Below are positions 23,589 through 37,283 of a stretch of 64,000 nucleotides of DNA, in pieces. The notes below the pieces were generated by a model. The model did no database searches, was not told the DNA's origin, and was given only the letters and a program-made list of their open reading frames with translations. Every line of letters begins with the position of its first letter. The stretch's first letter is position 1. This stretch comes from Octopus sinensis. Taxonomy: Eukaryota. The stretch lies in NCBI RefSeq assembly GCF_006345805.1, contig NC_043000.1:142538001-142602000 (forward strand), written 5' to 3'. A program made the position numbers and the translations under genes.

Positions 23589-24862
23589 CTATTTGCATCT
23601 ATTTTCTGTCAGTTTGAATGGTGAAGTTCCAGAGGAGGAGATGTGGTCATTTTCAAGCACTGGGGGTGGTTTGTGTTCCCACCAGTTTCTTTCATGGGGC
23701 AAATCCAGGTTTTTGCAGATTACCCAATGAATATATTGTGCAGCTCTATCGTGTCTGTTGAGATACTCTGTAGGCGCTAGAAGACTGCACTTGGAGACCA
23801 CATGGTCAATGGTTTCATTTTGTTGCTGGCATACACGACACGTTGGACTGCTTCTGATCTTTAATATGTTGGCCTGGTAGTTTCTTGTTGGTAGGTATTG
23901 ATCTTGAGCTGCTATGATAAACCCCTCTGTTTCAGATTTTAAGCCAGAGGCCATTAGCCATTGATGGGTCAGGGCTTTGTCAACATCTGCATTATTTGCT
24001 CTCTTTGGGTATTTGCCATAGAGAGGTTTTTCTTGCCATTTATCATTCAGAATATCTAAGGCCGCAGATTTAGCACAGGTTTTAATGCACTTATCTTTTT
24101 CTGTGCCTGTTTCTTGTATGTCTATCTCTAATTCCGAAATTTGTTGTATTCGGAATTCACTTAGATATTCCTTTGCCTGTTTTGTTACTGAGTATGATGG
24201 TTTCTTGTTTTCATGTTTTGAGACAAGTTTTAACATCCAGTCCTCAGAGTTTTTCAGGTAGGTGTCTAGGCCAATTGTAGCAATCTTCATTGTTATTGCA
24301 AGTTGTAAAAGTCCACGGCCTCCCTCTTTTCTTGGCAGATAAAGTCGTTCTGTATCTACTTTAGGGTGGTGCATTCTATGCATTGTCAACAGTTTTCGTA
24401 TTTTTCTGTCAAGATTACATATTTCAGTAATTGACCAGTTAACGATATTGAAACTGTAAGTCACGACTGGTATGGCTAATGCATTGATCGCTTCGATCCT
24501 GTTTCTCGCATTCAGCTCTGTCTTGAGTATTGCTCTTACTCTGCGATAACATTCTCTCCTGATCCTTTCCTTCAACTTTGAATGCCTTATTCCGTCTCCT
24601 TCAATTACCCCTAGATACTTGTAGTTCTCCGCTGGGTCTAATTCTTTTATGACATTCTGCTGGTCAAGGTTAACGTTAGATGTTTCTGTCATTTTTCCTT
24701 TGATAAAGGTAGCTTTTGCACACTTATCGAGACCAAATTGCATTCTGATGTCATCACTGAATTGTTTGACAATCGCTAGTAAGCCCCTGAGTTGTTGGTC
24801 ATTTTTTGCAAAGAGCTTTAAATCATCCATGTAAATGAGATGATTTATATTTTTATCAAACA

Positions 24863-24863
<1 letters not shown>
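23589..24863 (-). CDS. RT (from the YMDD region), thumb and CCHC knuckle of the R4/Dong-type element; open 424-aa frame
   Basis: HLIYMDDLKLFAK, FGLDKC, YKYLG, LYLPRKEGGRGL, CRVCQQQNETIDHVVSKC, RHDRAAQYIHW. Confidence 0.85.
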
Positions 24864-24907
<44 letters not shown>

Positions 24908-24974
24908 CATCATCATCATCATCATCGTCATCATCATCATCATCATCATCTCATCATCATCATCATCATCATCA

Positions 24975-25017
<43 letters not shown>

Positions 25018-25029
25018 CGTTATCATCAT

Positions 25030-25558
25030 TGAGTGAGGGAGCAGAGCATGCCATCAATGTGACACTGGTGTAAAATATATGAAGCCCAGTATACCCCTCA
25101 TGACGACCCGTCTGATAAGGGTACACCAGGCACATGCATTACAACCGTTTGTGCACGACATGGTAATCTCATATGAAGATAAACGGTGCTTGACCTTGCA
25201 GTTAAAATTTTCTTCAGGTTGAGTAGCCCATCCCATTTAAAAGATCCCTGAATAAGGTGTGTTTTAATGATGATGAACAAAACCACTATGTACCCCGGGA
25301 TGAATGATTCAAACCCCAAAGAATTCCTCTCAACACATGACTATGATACTCCCCCACTACTTCTCGTTATCAGAAATGCACATATCGGCAGCGACCAAGG
25401 GACATGCTCAGCTGATTTATGTCGAACAAGTGACAAGCAAATCTGTGGTATTGAGCAGAATATTTGTTGTAGTCCATCTTTTAAACTGAGACAAAACAAT
25501 GTACGTTATTACAATTCCAATGAGTTCATATCAGAAGCCATGAGAACCATTGCCTGGT
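25030..25558 (-). mobile_element. Non-coding ~530-bp element embedded between ATT/CAT microsatellites; orientation tentative
   Basis: Complex sequence sharply bounded by trinucleotide tracts on both sides, with no recognisable protein motif. Confidence 0.45.
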
Positions 25559-25561
25559 ATA

Positions 25562-25575
25562 TTATCATCATCATC

Positions 25576-25625
<50 letters not shown>

Positions 25626-25695
25626 GTCATCATCATCATCATCGTCATCATCATCATCATCGTCATCATCATCATCATTATTATTATTATCATCA

Positions 25696-25777
<82 letters not shown>

Positions 25778-25800
25778 TATATTATTATCATCATTATTAT
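25562..25800. repeat. (CAT)n(TAT)n microsatellite
   Basis: Direct inspection. Confidence 0.95.
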
Positions 25801-26029
25801 TTATGCCGATACACATACACGCACACACACTCACACGCACACACATATATATACATCCATATATACCCATATATATAAACATACACACACATAAATTTAT
25901 ATATACATTGATACATATCTACTTATACATATATATATATACAAATATAACTTTATGCATTGACAAGCAGGCATTTCGATAAGTATATGTAAAATAATCT
26001 AGCTACACACACACACCTATCTATGTCTG

Positions 26030-26124
26030 TATATATATATATATGTGTGAGTGTGTGTATGCATATATATATATATTTGTATACACAAGCATATATATCT
26101 ATATATATACATATATATATTTAT

Positions 26125-26165
<41 letters not shown>

Positions 26166-26176
26166 TATATATATAA

Positions 26177-26252
<76 letters not shown>

Positions 26253-26624
26253 ATATATATATACATACATTTATATATATATACATACATTTATATGTGT
26301 TCGTGTAGGTGTTTGCGGACGTGTGTACATTTGTTTTGCCCATGTATATGAGTTCATTTGTTGCGTGTTACAATGTCTGTAATCATATGGTTATACGTTC
26401 CAGTTATGTATATCATTTATAAGCGTATACTCACTGTATTATGTAGTTATATGTTCACAGATCATAATTCGTGCAAATGTGTATGAACAGGAGATGCCTA
26501 TATATATACCCATGTGTATGTATATCTATGCTTGTATATATGTATAGGTTATATTTGTATGGGTATTTATTAAATATGCAGCTGTATGTAAATGCGTGTG
26601 TGCCTGTGTATTTGTGTGTGCATC

Positions 26625-26686
<62 letters not shown>

Positions 26687-26889
26687 TAGGGAGACAGACA
26701 GACGGACAGACGGACAAAAAGAGAGACACGGAAAGAAAGAGACAGGGAGTGAGAGAAACAGGGAGAAAAAGAGACAGAGATGGAAAAGATGGAGAGATAA
26801 AGGGAAAGAAAGGAAAGCAAAGCAATAAACTTCTATAATTGATTGTGTCATATTAATGTATGTGGTATCACGTAATTGTTAGTTATTGA

Positions 26890-26981
<92 letters not shown>

Positions 26982-27063
26982 CACATATATATATGTATGT
27001 ATGTACATATATATATACACACACACACACACATATATATATATACGTATGTATATATATGTA

Positions 27064-27113
<50 letters not shown>

Positions 27114-27115
27114 CA
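26030..27115. repeat. Cluster of (TA)n-rich microsatellites
   Basis: Tracts at ~26030-26290, 26630-26690 and 26895-27110. Confidence 0.9.
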
Positions 27116-28208
27116 CACATATTCATACATATATAGACGCACACACTTTTTTTCTAAAAGGAGAAAAAGTATGATATTAAAAAAAAACATAGCGGTAGAG
27201 AAAAATCTGAAAGTAATATAGAAAGGAAAAAAATATTTGAAAAAAATATATAAAGTAAGAGAAATTATTGAAAACTAAAGTAAAGCAAAAGACAAAAAAA
27301 TTATTCGTTTTTGCCATAGGCAATATAGTGTATGAGCCAACTATTATCACGTCATTGCCACATAAATTTAACTGGTTACTTTCTTCCGTGTCGATCTCAG
27401 GTCAAAGTGCCTGGTAGATTTTTATCAGTGACTTCAAGCTGTTAGGAATTTTTATTTATCTATTTATTTTTGGATGAAACAAAGTCGCTCGTTTCAAACG
27501 GAGACAGCCAAATGTCCATTTCGCGTCACGCAGTATAAATTTTCCATTAATGTAAAGTAGTAAAAAGTTGGGATTTAAAGAATATCAAATTCCACTGTAT
27601 AATAATGATAATAAAAACAACAACAACAACACCAGCAGCATTAAAACAATAAATATATAAAAACAATAACCACAAAACTAAAATCAACGACATCAATATC
27701 AAAATCGCTACTGACAGCAGTCTGGCAGCGTTTCCTCTTCAATATTGTGCCACACGGAAGGACTAAACCAAAACAAAAAAATACATATTATTATACAGTT
27801 TTATGGATACTATGGAATGCTCTGAGACCTTGAAAAGTAAATTAATAGCTTTTGAAGTTAAAAGTATTAGACATGCTTCTTGCGTTGCATTATACAACAA
27901 CATTATACATGTACGTTTTACAATATTACTCAAAATTTCTGCAAAACGTTAGACTAAAATGTAAAGAAAATACTACAAACTCGCATGGTTTTCTCTCTTT
28001 GCAGATTAGTGTGTTTGCAACAAGAACGTCAACGACTCGGAATGGGATTCTTTTTCTGTAGTTATATTTATGTTGTTCTCGTATTGATGTAGAGAGTACA
28101 TGTAACAGTATTTTTAAAGAACAATATAGAATAGCATTAATACACTTACAGTTATAAACTCTATACTATAATTCAAATATTCGTACTTCTAGTAATTTAT
28201 TAATTACC

Positions 28209-28621
28209 TATTTCTTTATTACCCACAAGGGGCTAAACACAGAGGGGACAAACAAAGACAGACATAGGTATTAAGTCGATTACACGACCCCAGTGCGTAA
28301 CTGGTACTTAATTTATCGACCCCGAAAGGATGAAAGGCAAAGTGGACCTCGGCGGAATTTGAACTCACAACGTAACGCAGACGAAATACCAATTTCTTTA
28401 CTACCCACAAGGGGCTAAACACAAAGATGACAAACAAGGACAGACAAACGGATTAAGTCGATTGTAACGATTCCAGTGCGTAACTGGTACTTATTTAATC
28501 GACCCCGAAAGGATGAAAGGCAAAGTGGACCTCGGCGGAATTTGAACTCACAACGTAACGCAGACGAAATACCGCTAAGCATTTCGCCCGGCGTGCTAAC
28601 TTTTCTACCAGCTCACCGCTT
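28209..28621 (-). mobile_element. SINE-B dimer with 17-bp TSD
   Basis: TSD GTAATTTATTAATTACC at 28192-28208 and 28622-28638. Confidence 0.92.
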
Positions 28622-28677
28622 GTAATTTATTAATTACCATTACGCTTTTTTTGTTGATACATTCTGTTTTCATATCG

Positions 28678-28855
28678 GTTTCAAATTTTGACACAAGGCC
28701 AGCATCTTCGGGGAAGGGGCCATGATGATTAAATCGACCCCAGTGCTCAATTGGTACTTATTTTACCGAAAGGATGAAAAGCAAACACCTCGGCGGAATT
28801 TTAATTTAGAACGTAGAAATGGACAAGGCGCCGCTAAGAATCTTGCCTGGCTTGC
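28678..28855 (-). mobile_element. SINE-B variant with alternative tail (B2), diverged
   Basis: B body (ATCGACCCCAGT...GGTACTTA...CCTCGGCGGAATTT) joined to GACACAAGGCCAGC...GGGGAAGGGG. Confidence 0.7.
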
Positions 28856-28889
28856 CACCTTATATTTTTTTCTAATATTCATATCGATT

Positions 28890-29218
28890 GCGGAGACCTG
28901 CTTCGGTCATGAATGAACATAGGATTGCACCTAGAAAGTTACCCCCCAGGCACAAGTCCGGGCAAGGTTGTATATAGAAGACCAGCAGTCGCCCATGTAT
29001 ACCAGCCTCCCCCTATCCACGCCACCGATGTTATCCAAGGGAAAGGCAAAGGCCGATACAGCTTGGCACCAGTTATGTCGCTACTCATTTCTACAGCTGA
29101 GGGAACTGGAGCAACCTGAATTAAAGTGCCTTGCGCAAGAACACAACACGCAGCCCGATCCGGGATTCGAACTCACGGTCGTAAGATCGATGCTCTAACC
29201 ACTAACCCATACGCCTTC
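28890..29218 (-). mobile_element. SINE-D (tRNA head plus CORE-like central segment)
   Basis: Minus: GGGTTAGTGGTTAGAGC...GAGTTCGAATCCCG...GCAAGGCACTTTA...CTCAGCTGTAGAAATGAG; TTCATATC on both flanks. Confidence 0.75.
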
Positions 29219-30329
29219 ATATCAATAATATCTAACAATCCGAATAAGAGTGTATATCATATATTGCGAAGAGAATCGCTTTGCATTTTATACGATTCCA
29301 ACTAATGCCAATAAGGAGAATGCAAATTACACCATAACTCATATCAGCGTAATCAAAAATAATATACCTCTACACTGGCAAGCAGACACTTACATATATT
29401 TGTTCAAAAAAATGCCTGCAAAAATAGCGAGAGGCCAAACATAAACATGAAAAGCGTGCATTCTTCACTTGCACCACGTTTTGACCTTTCCTTTCTACAG
29501 AAACTCAGAGCGTAAGAGGGAAATATAAAATATATGAACGAGTTCGATAATTGAAAAAATTGCTGACTTAATCCTAATCCTTCGAGGTTTGAACGAATAA
29601 AAGCACTCAACAACATGTTCAAATGCACCACATAACCAGCGACTAGAAACTGAGGAATGTCATATTTTCAGTTTCACATAGCAATATTAAACGACTGGGA
29701 AACGAATATATATTGTGTGTGTTTATTTGGCAAAAAAAAAAAAGAACAATATGTTTTATAACAATATATTATTACACAGACCCAAGACATGCTCAAGAAT
29801 ACCGCTTTTGAAACCCTAATCCAAATATTCACCGCACCAACTTATATCATGAAAATCTTTGATCTTAGATCTCTATAATTATATAGTTTGCTCAACCAAC
29901 AGAGACGAACGTAACTAGTCTAGATACTGAAAATATGTTTAAATTACCATATCGTACTAAATAATTCTTCACTTCCCTTACTGGTTAAAGATGTATTCAG
30001 GATCGTCGGCAACTAAGCAGAGACGCAACATATCCGAAAGGTGCAACACATTTGGCGTGAAACAATGCAATAACTCGAGAATTCCAACACCAATTTTCTT
30101 CTTGTAAATATTTTTCTATGGTTTAGAAGTTTAACTTATGGCTTATTCATGTATATAGAATATTTGAATCAGGTGTGTATATTTATGAATAGGTACTTGC
30201 TAAACAATTGCATATGACTAAATTCAACTCTTAATAATTATTCCCCATAACATCATGACATGGAAATCAAACATAAAGCCTAAGTATCATTCAACATATA
30301 TTACCTGTGGTCGGTGCTGTTTTCTTGTG

Positions 30330-30670
30330 CAATTACAGAGTAAACATGGCCGCTCCTCTGGTAGTGTACACCAAGAAAGGATAGAGATCTGTAATCAAAT
30401 TTCTCTAGTCTGAAAGTGTGTCAAGGCTTGAAATTCTGCAGGCTTTCATTAAAATTTTGGGAGACATATGTACGAGTAGTTTGATAAGTTTGTAAATGAC
30501 TGGACAATCCTGAAACACAAAGAGGTAGCAGGAATCCTAATGATTTCCTCCACTGACTGAATAGTCAACAATCCGGAGAAATAGTTTTGGCGAACCGACC
30601 AGTAAACATTGATGAGATGGCATGTTCTCTGCAAATTAGTGATTGTTTTGCGTACGAAATCTTCCACAGT
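30330..30670 (+). mobile_element. Mariner transposase N-terminal remnant
   Basis: MAAPLVVYTKKG*RSVIKFL*SESVS...LANRPVNIDEMACSLQISDCFAYEIFH resembles the mariner HTH region. Confidence 0.7.
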
Positions 30671-31007
30671 ATATTATTTAAAGACCACTATATGGTTACA
30701 AATTTTCCAGCACAGCTCCTTTTCCACATTGCTAGGAAAGAAGATGGGGTAGATTTCCTTCAGAACCTGCACCGGGAAAAGCATGGAAGTTGTTCATGGC
30801 TCCTAATATAGCTACTTCTAGATTGACATTACATTCAATATTATTTTTATTTATCGTAAAATTTTATGTTGCATACAAATGCATGTCAAAATATTTCCAG
30901 ACAATGGCCATAAGATGAAATAAGAACAATAATAAACGGCTGGGGAACGAATATATAGTGCGTGTGTGTTTATTTGGCAAGAAAAAAAGAACAATATGTT
31001 TTATAAC

Positions 31008-31339
31008 CATTGTTGGCACTCCGTTGTTTACGACGACGAGTGTTCCAGCCTGCTCGTGAAATTAACGTGCAACTGGCCGAGCACTCCACAGATACGTTTA
31101 CCCTTAATGCAGTTCTCAGAAATATTCAGCGTTAAATTACAGGCACAACAGAAACAGGAAGAAAGAGAAAATTGTGATGAAAGAGTACAGCGGGGTTCGC
31201 TACGATCCCCTGCCGGAGCCTCGTGGAGATTTAGGTGTTTTGGCCCAATACACACTCACAATACCTAGTCTGGAAATCGAAACCGCGATCCTATGACCGC
31301 GAGTCCACTGCCCTAACCACTGGGCCATTGCGCCTCCAC
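31008..31339 (-). mobile_element. SINE-C (tail type C1)
   Basis: Head GGAGGCGCAATGGCCCAGTGGTTAGGGCAG; imperfect TSD ATGTTTTATAAC / ATGTGTTATATC. Confidence 0.85.
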
Positions 31340-31549
31340 ATGTGTTATATCAATATATAACAATATGTGTTTCAACAGACGATTTTATATCACGAATCTT
31401 GCAAAACAAATTCATAGACGCAATCTTCACAACATCTTTTTATACTACCCCTGGTAAGGCAGTAAGCTTTGCAGAACCTTTGGCACCCCGGACAAAAGGC
31501 TTAGCGGCATTTTGTCGTTCTTTACCTTTCTGAAATGAAATTCCACTAA

Positions 31550-31670
31550 GGTCAACTTTATCTTTCAGAATTTCAGCATTGATAACATAAGTACCAATCG
31601 AGAGCTGGTGTCGATGTAATCGACGTACCCCTCCCCTAAACTGCTGCCCTTGTGCCAACAATTGAAAGCA
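31550..31670 (+). mobile_element. SINE-B2 3' fragment
   Basis: TAAGTACCAAT...GTCGATGTAATCGAC...CCCCTCCCCTAAA...CTTGTGCC. Confidence 0.6.
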
Positions 31671-31760
31671 ATAGTAACCATTGTGCCCATGTTGGAAAAC
31701 GTATGCTTCAAAAGTTACATGTCATAATGCGGATAGTATTTCAATAATGTAGTTAATATA

Positions 31761-31921
31761 GGCGCAGGAGTGGCTGTGTGGTAAGTAGCTTGCTAACCAA
31801 CCACATGGTTCCGGGTTCAGTCCTACTGCGTGGCATCTTGGGCAAGTGTCTTCTGCTATAACCCCGGGCCGACCATGCCTTGTGAGTGAATTTGGTAGAT
31901 GGAAATTGAAAGAGGCCTGTC

Positions 31922-31984
<63 letters not shown>

Positions 31985-32238
31985 ATATATAAATATATAT
32001 ATATATGTATGTGTGTGTGTTTGTGTGTCTGTATTTGTCCCCCTAGCATTGCTTGACAACAGATGCTGGTGTGTTTACGTCCCCGTCACTTAGCGGTTTG
32101 GCAAAAGAGACCGATAGAATAAGTACTGGGCTTACAAAGAATAAGTACCGGGGTCGATTTGCTCGACTAAAGGCGGTGCTCCAGCATGGCCGCAGTCAAA
32201 TGACTGAAACAAGTAAAAGAGTAAAAGAGTAAAGAGTA
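31761..32238 (+). mobile_element. SINE-A full length
   Basis: Matches the 7462 copy, with a longer internal (TA)n. Confidence 0.92.
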
Positions 32239-33314
32239 ATATGTGATGTTACAGTTAATATATCGATAAAGTACAGCTCTCTCATACAGTCAGACAGATG
32301 AAATATAAACACCCTATCAATGAAGAAACGTTCTGTATATATCCTTATGTTCTTAAAGGGGATCTAATGAGGTTTGTGTCCTTAACATTGAAATATTCTT
32401 TTACACGGATAACTACATATATGTGTGTTTGAGATAAACATGTACAATATATGTATGCATGTGTGATCACATGTATGTGCATATACATATATATATGTGT
32501 GTGTATTAATATATGTGTGCGTGCGTGTCTGTATGTATATATTATTTTGTGCGTATGTGAGTGCATGTGTATTTGTGTGTGTGTGTGTATGTGTGTGTGT
32601 AATCAACATAATTACGCACACAAGTGAATGACTGTTACGGTGTCCTGCTCAATAGTGTTTCAAAGGGAAATAATCATAATATTATAGAAGAAAAAAAAAA
32701 CCGAGGACATAAGTGTGATTAAACAAGGTGCATAACGTTTGATTCCGCCTCTTGTCCCAAAACGTGAGTTATATCTATATGAACTTAATAATCACCAACT
32801 TACTATTGTACAACCACCGATCAAACGATATCAATCACCACCGAGTTGTGTGTGATTATTGCAATTGTCTTCGGTATACGATGAAAGACAAACATTTCTA
32901 TTTCCGTTGCTGCCGTTCTTATTGTGCATTCTTTACAATATTCCTCCAAAGAGAGCGATACATTTCCCAATATTGCTTTTCCAATAATTAACTTTGATTT
33001 TTCCACAAACGTCGTGTGTGAGAATACGATAAATATAATTTAGAAACACAAATATAGAATGCAAATTCGAAGAATATATATATATTCACAAATACAGGCA
33101 AACAAATATATAAACGTATATAATTTTTTTGTCTAGCCACCTGTATATTATTAGTCGGCATGCATATATGTGGTATATGTTTCTGTGCTTCTGCCTACCA
33201 ATGTGAGTCTTAATCACTTTCCTACCTATATATATATATATATATGAAATAAAAGAAAGAGAAAGTGAGTGAGACAGATGGATGCTAAATAGATAGATAC
33301 ATAGTTAGGTAGGT

Positions 33315-33426
<112 letters not shown>

Positions 33427-34986
33427 GAATATTCATACCGAACAGTGAGAATGAGAATTAAATACTGCATTGGTGAATCAATATTCTATATGTGTGGGCT
33501 AACAAGATTACCATTGGTTTCATGCTGGAAATTCTTAACATAAGCCTGCCGCATCGGGCGTTGATATATGCCTCCATCTCTAATAGGAATACAACGAAGC
33601 TACACGAGACTAAGGGGTATTTTATATTAAAAAATAAATATGCAGATCAGAAGGAGCTACACCTTATTGCTATCTCCAATCCATTAGTTCTGCCTAAGTT
33701 CAAATTCATATATGTGTGTGTGTGTGTGTACCCATATGTATATAAATAGAGATATAGATAGTTAGACAGAAAGATAGATAATTTAATCATGCTCAACAGA
33801 TGTACTCTTAGTTCAAAATAAGAATTTGTGCATCATACTTAAAAAAGATACATCTTTGAAAGCTAGATAAACCGAAGTTTTTTGTCCAGAGGTAGCACAC
33901 TTATACACGCATAGCACTAAAAACACATAAATACATCTTTAGTAGACGAAAATCGTCCCGCAGCGATGGTCTCATTGTCAAGTGCGTAACTCCGGCTGCA
34001 TGGGTTTCGTTAGTAACAAGTATTACCTGGCAAACCCATTCGAAAGAAAATCCGCTAGTGTCATAATAATTTAGTGCATGCAAAAGCATTGATATCTCAA
34101 ATAAGCGGCAGGTTGAATAAAAATTCATTAGGTGCCTTTGATGTATGAAGTGAAGTTGTTTCTGCAAGGAAAGCTAACCTTAACATTATATGCATTGAAG
34201 TATTTGTTGCATATGTGTGAGAGGAAAGAAGCTCTGCTTTTTTGTAAGGACGGGGACAGTTTCGGAAATATTTGTTGTAACATCTAACATCTAGTAATGC
34301 TAAAAGAGATTAATATTATTTTCCACTTACTCGTATGAATATCATATGTATATGCATCTATGCCTTTATGTTTCGCTTCGCATGCGCCGAAGGATGCATG
34401 TTTTCTATTATTTGCATATGTATTTATTATGTTAGAAAGCACGTGTGCTTTCGCTGAAACAAGTCTTATCCAAGACAAAAAAATTAGACGTAAATTTCTG
34501 GAGAAAGATTTAAGTGATGAATGATGGATGATTGGATGAACTATGTAAATACTTTAGAGATGCATAGGTTTGTCTAATGTGTAAAACTGGTAAGGTTTAA
34601 GGTAATATCTTGATGGCTGACTTTTTAAAAACTTTGTTGATGATGATATGTTTTTATGTTGAAGCTACGTTATATGTTAATATGTCAGCATTTTAAGAAT
34701 GACAACGTCATGTCTAGAAAGGCTTCCGTTAATGTAGGAGAATTTGGAGTGCAAGGCTTCCGGTAGAAAAAGACCGACGATAGATTTATTTTTCACTAAA
34801 ATGAAATGCGTCCATGATAAAATTATGTAGATGTGAAAGAAAGTGCATTGTGGTATTACATTAATGCTACATGGTTGCTAAAAATCTATTGGCTAAACGT
34901 GAAGCTTTTAAGGGTAACTCTCAATTTAAAAGTAGCATTTGTTGTTGTCGAGTGGTGTGGAACGTTAGTCTTTTTGCTATACGGAC

Positions 34987-35150
34987 ATGAGCCAGTTGAT
35001 GACCAACATAGCGAAGTATCATGGTATAAAGTAGTTATATTGATTACAAGTTACATTTTTTCGTGGATATGAACCAGTTGATGATGATCGATATAGTGTA
35101 GTTTCATGGTATAAAGCATTTGCTTTGATTACAAGTTGTATTTATGATAA
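34987..35150. repeat. Diverged tandem duplication, ~82-bp unit x2
   Basis: CCAGTTGATGA...CATGGTATAAAG...TTGATTACAAGTT at 34987 and 35069. Confidence 0.75.
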
Positions 35151-35860
35151 TTACTTTCTGTTCATTAATGCTGTGAGCTGGTAGGAGATTGCTGTGTTCG
35201 CTAAACAAATATAACATTTGGTGTCATGAAATTTGCAGTTTCATCCAAACTCTTACATTGATTATATATGTAATGCACTCTCCTAACGGCATGTCGTGCA
35301 CCGCGAACAAAGAGTACATATATGGCACTACACATTATAAGACACAAACCTGATAAAAATTCGTTTGGAAAAATGCCATCTCTATTCCAGAGGATTTTTA
35401 CTGTTTATGAACATCCACTCTGAACTTTTGCATTCCTGTTTAATTATATTTATACTCACTTCTGTATAACTATTTTATAGATGTTTGATACCATTTACAT
35501 TTATACATTCATAAACGCGACAACTATATTGCCTATAACCAAATTTTGTTTGCATGAGTTTCTCTTTATTCGACGTTAAATTTTAGGCATTAATTCCGGT
35601 GTCTGGTGGGAGGTGATTTTTCGCTGCTTTGGCTGCTATTTTTTTTAAATGAACGTAACTGTGAATAGGTTCTCTTGTTGGTAGGTCGTAAGGAGATGAC
35701 TTAACTTCATGCCTTTTCTGATTCTGCAGACTTATGAGAAGGTGTTTCATGTTTTTATTTCTCTTCACAGTAGTAATATACTTAAAACAGCAATATCCAG
35801 TGTGACATTTTCTCAGGCGAAACATTATTATTTGAGGAAAAATCTACTATTTCTAGCATA

Positions 35861-36270
35861 GGCGCAGGAGTGGCTGTGTGGTAAGTAGCTTGTTTACCAA
35901 CCACATGGTTCCGGGTTCAGTCCCCCTGCGTGGCACCTTGGGCAAGTGTCTTCTACTATAGCCTCGGGCCGACCAAAGCCTTTTGAGTGGATTTGGTAGA
36001 CGGAAACTGAAAGAAGCCCGTCATATATATGTATATATATACGTGTGTGTTTGTGTGCTTGTGTTTGTCTCCCTAGCATTGCTTGACAACCGATGCTGGT
36101 GTGTTTATGTCCCCGTTACTTAGCGGTTCGGCAAAAGAGACCGATAGAATAAGTACTGGGCTTACAAAAGAATAAGTCCCGGGGTCGAGTTGCTCGATTA
36201 AAGGCGGTGCTCCAGCATGGCCGCAGTCAAATGACTGAAACAAGTAAAAGGGTAAAAGAGTAAAAGAGTA
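35861..36270 (+). mobile_element. SINE-A full length
   Basis: Matches the other copies, with a short internal microsatellite. Confidence 0.92.
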
Positions 36271-37241
36271 AGCAGCTACGCTGTACCTCCATTTTTGACT
36301 CATAAATATAACTGAACTAATAGTTTTGATAACAGAATTTAGTTAAGTTTTTTTCTTACTTACATCACTAGTAGCTATTACAAAATCCATTTAACAAGAT
36401 CAATTAAAAAATCACTGCTAAATATCTTAAGTTGTATCTCGTATGTCTTAGAACAAAGTACAGGCGGTAATTCTCTCATTGTATACAGAACCCATGACGG
36501 TGCTGGCATGCACTGATGATTGAAATATATCTGATTAATGTTTCGAAATTTTCAGCTTAGAACTTGTTTCTTTTCTTTCAAATTAAGATTAATAATCATA
36601 ATACGTTAGTGTGGCTGCTGCTGCTGCGGCTACTACAATTACTACTACTAAGTGGTGTTGATGGTGGTTGTGGTAGTTATGCGATGCCGATGGTAGAAAG
36701 AGTTTCAAAAGCAATGTAATCAGGTTGCCTACTCATAGGTATTCACTAACCACTATTTCAGTTTTATAAACGAATAATTTCAATTAACTAGTCAGCATTA
36801 AATATGAAGTGAAAGAAGAAAAGATAGAACGAAATCAAAAAAGAGAAACAAATAAAGCAAAATTAAGGGAAAAAAAGGACATCGTTTCCAAATTTTAGCT
36901 TGATAATTTCAAATATTGCCTTAGGTATATGGAAGAGAGAAATTACAAACATAGATCTTGTTGTTTAATATTGACTCATTTCATGTGAAATGAAATATGA
37001 ACAGGAAAAATTTGAGAGACATATATATAAAGAGAAAGTGAGTGAGGTTTGATGAGAGGAAGAAGTTAGTGAGAAAATCAGTGAGTTGAAGTTGAAGAGA
37101 GAAGAACAAATAGAAAAATCAATGATGGATGGAAAGAGAGGAAATGGATTCGGTAAAGAAAGCAAAAGATTATTCTTATGCTGAGAACAACGCAACGCGA
37201 ACACTAACAAACTAACAATTACCCATACAGACATACTGTAT

Positions 37242-37244
<3 letters not shown>

Positions 37245-37283
<39 letters not shown>

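Larger units (their letters stand above)
23073..24863 (-). mobile_element. 5'-truncated R4/Dong-type retrotransposon flanked by (TAA)n on both sides
   Basis: RT, CCHC and RLE domains plus 3' UTR; (TTA)n at ~23024-23072 and ~24864-24905. Confidence 0.92.

Noticed and set aside
29481-29517. Strong acceptor plus GTAAGA donor defining an 11-nt microexon
   Set aside because: Not frame-preserving, no host gene is identified, and such motifs occur by chance in 64 kb.
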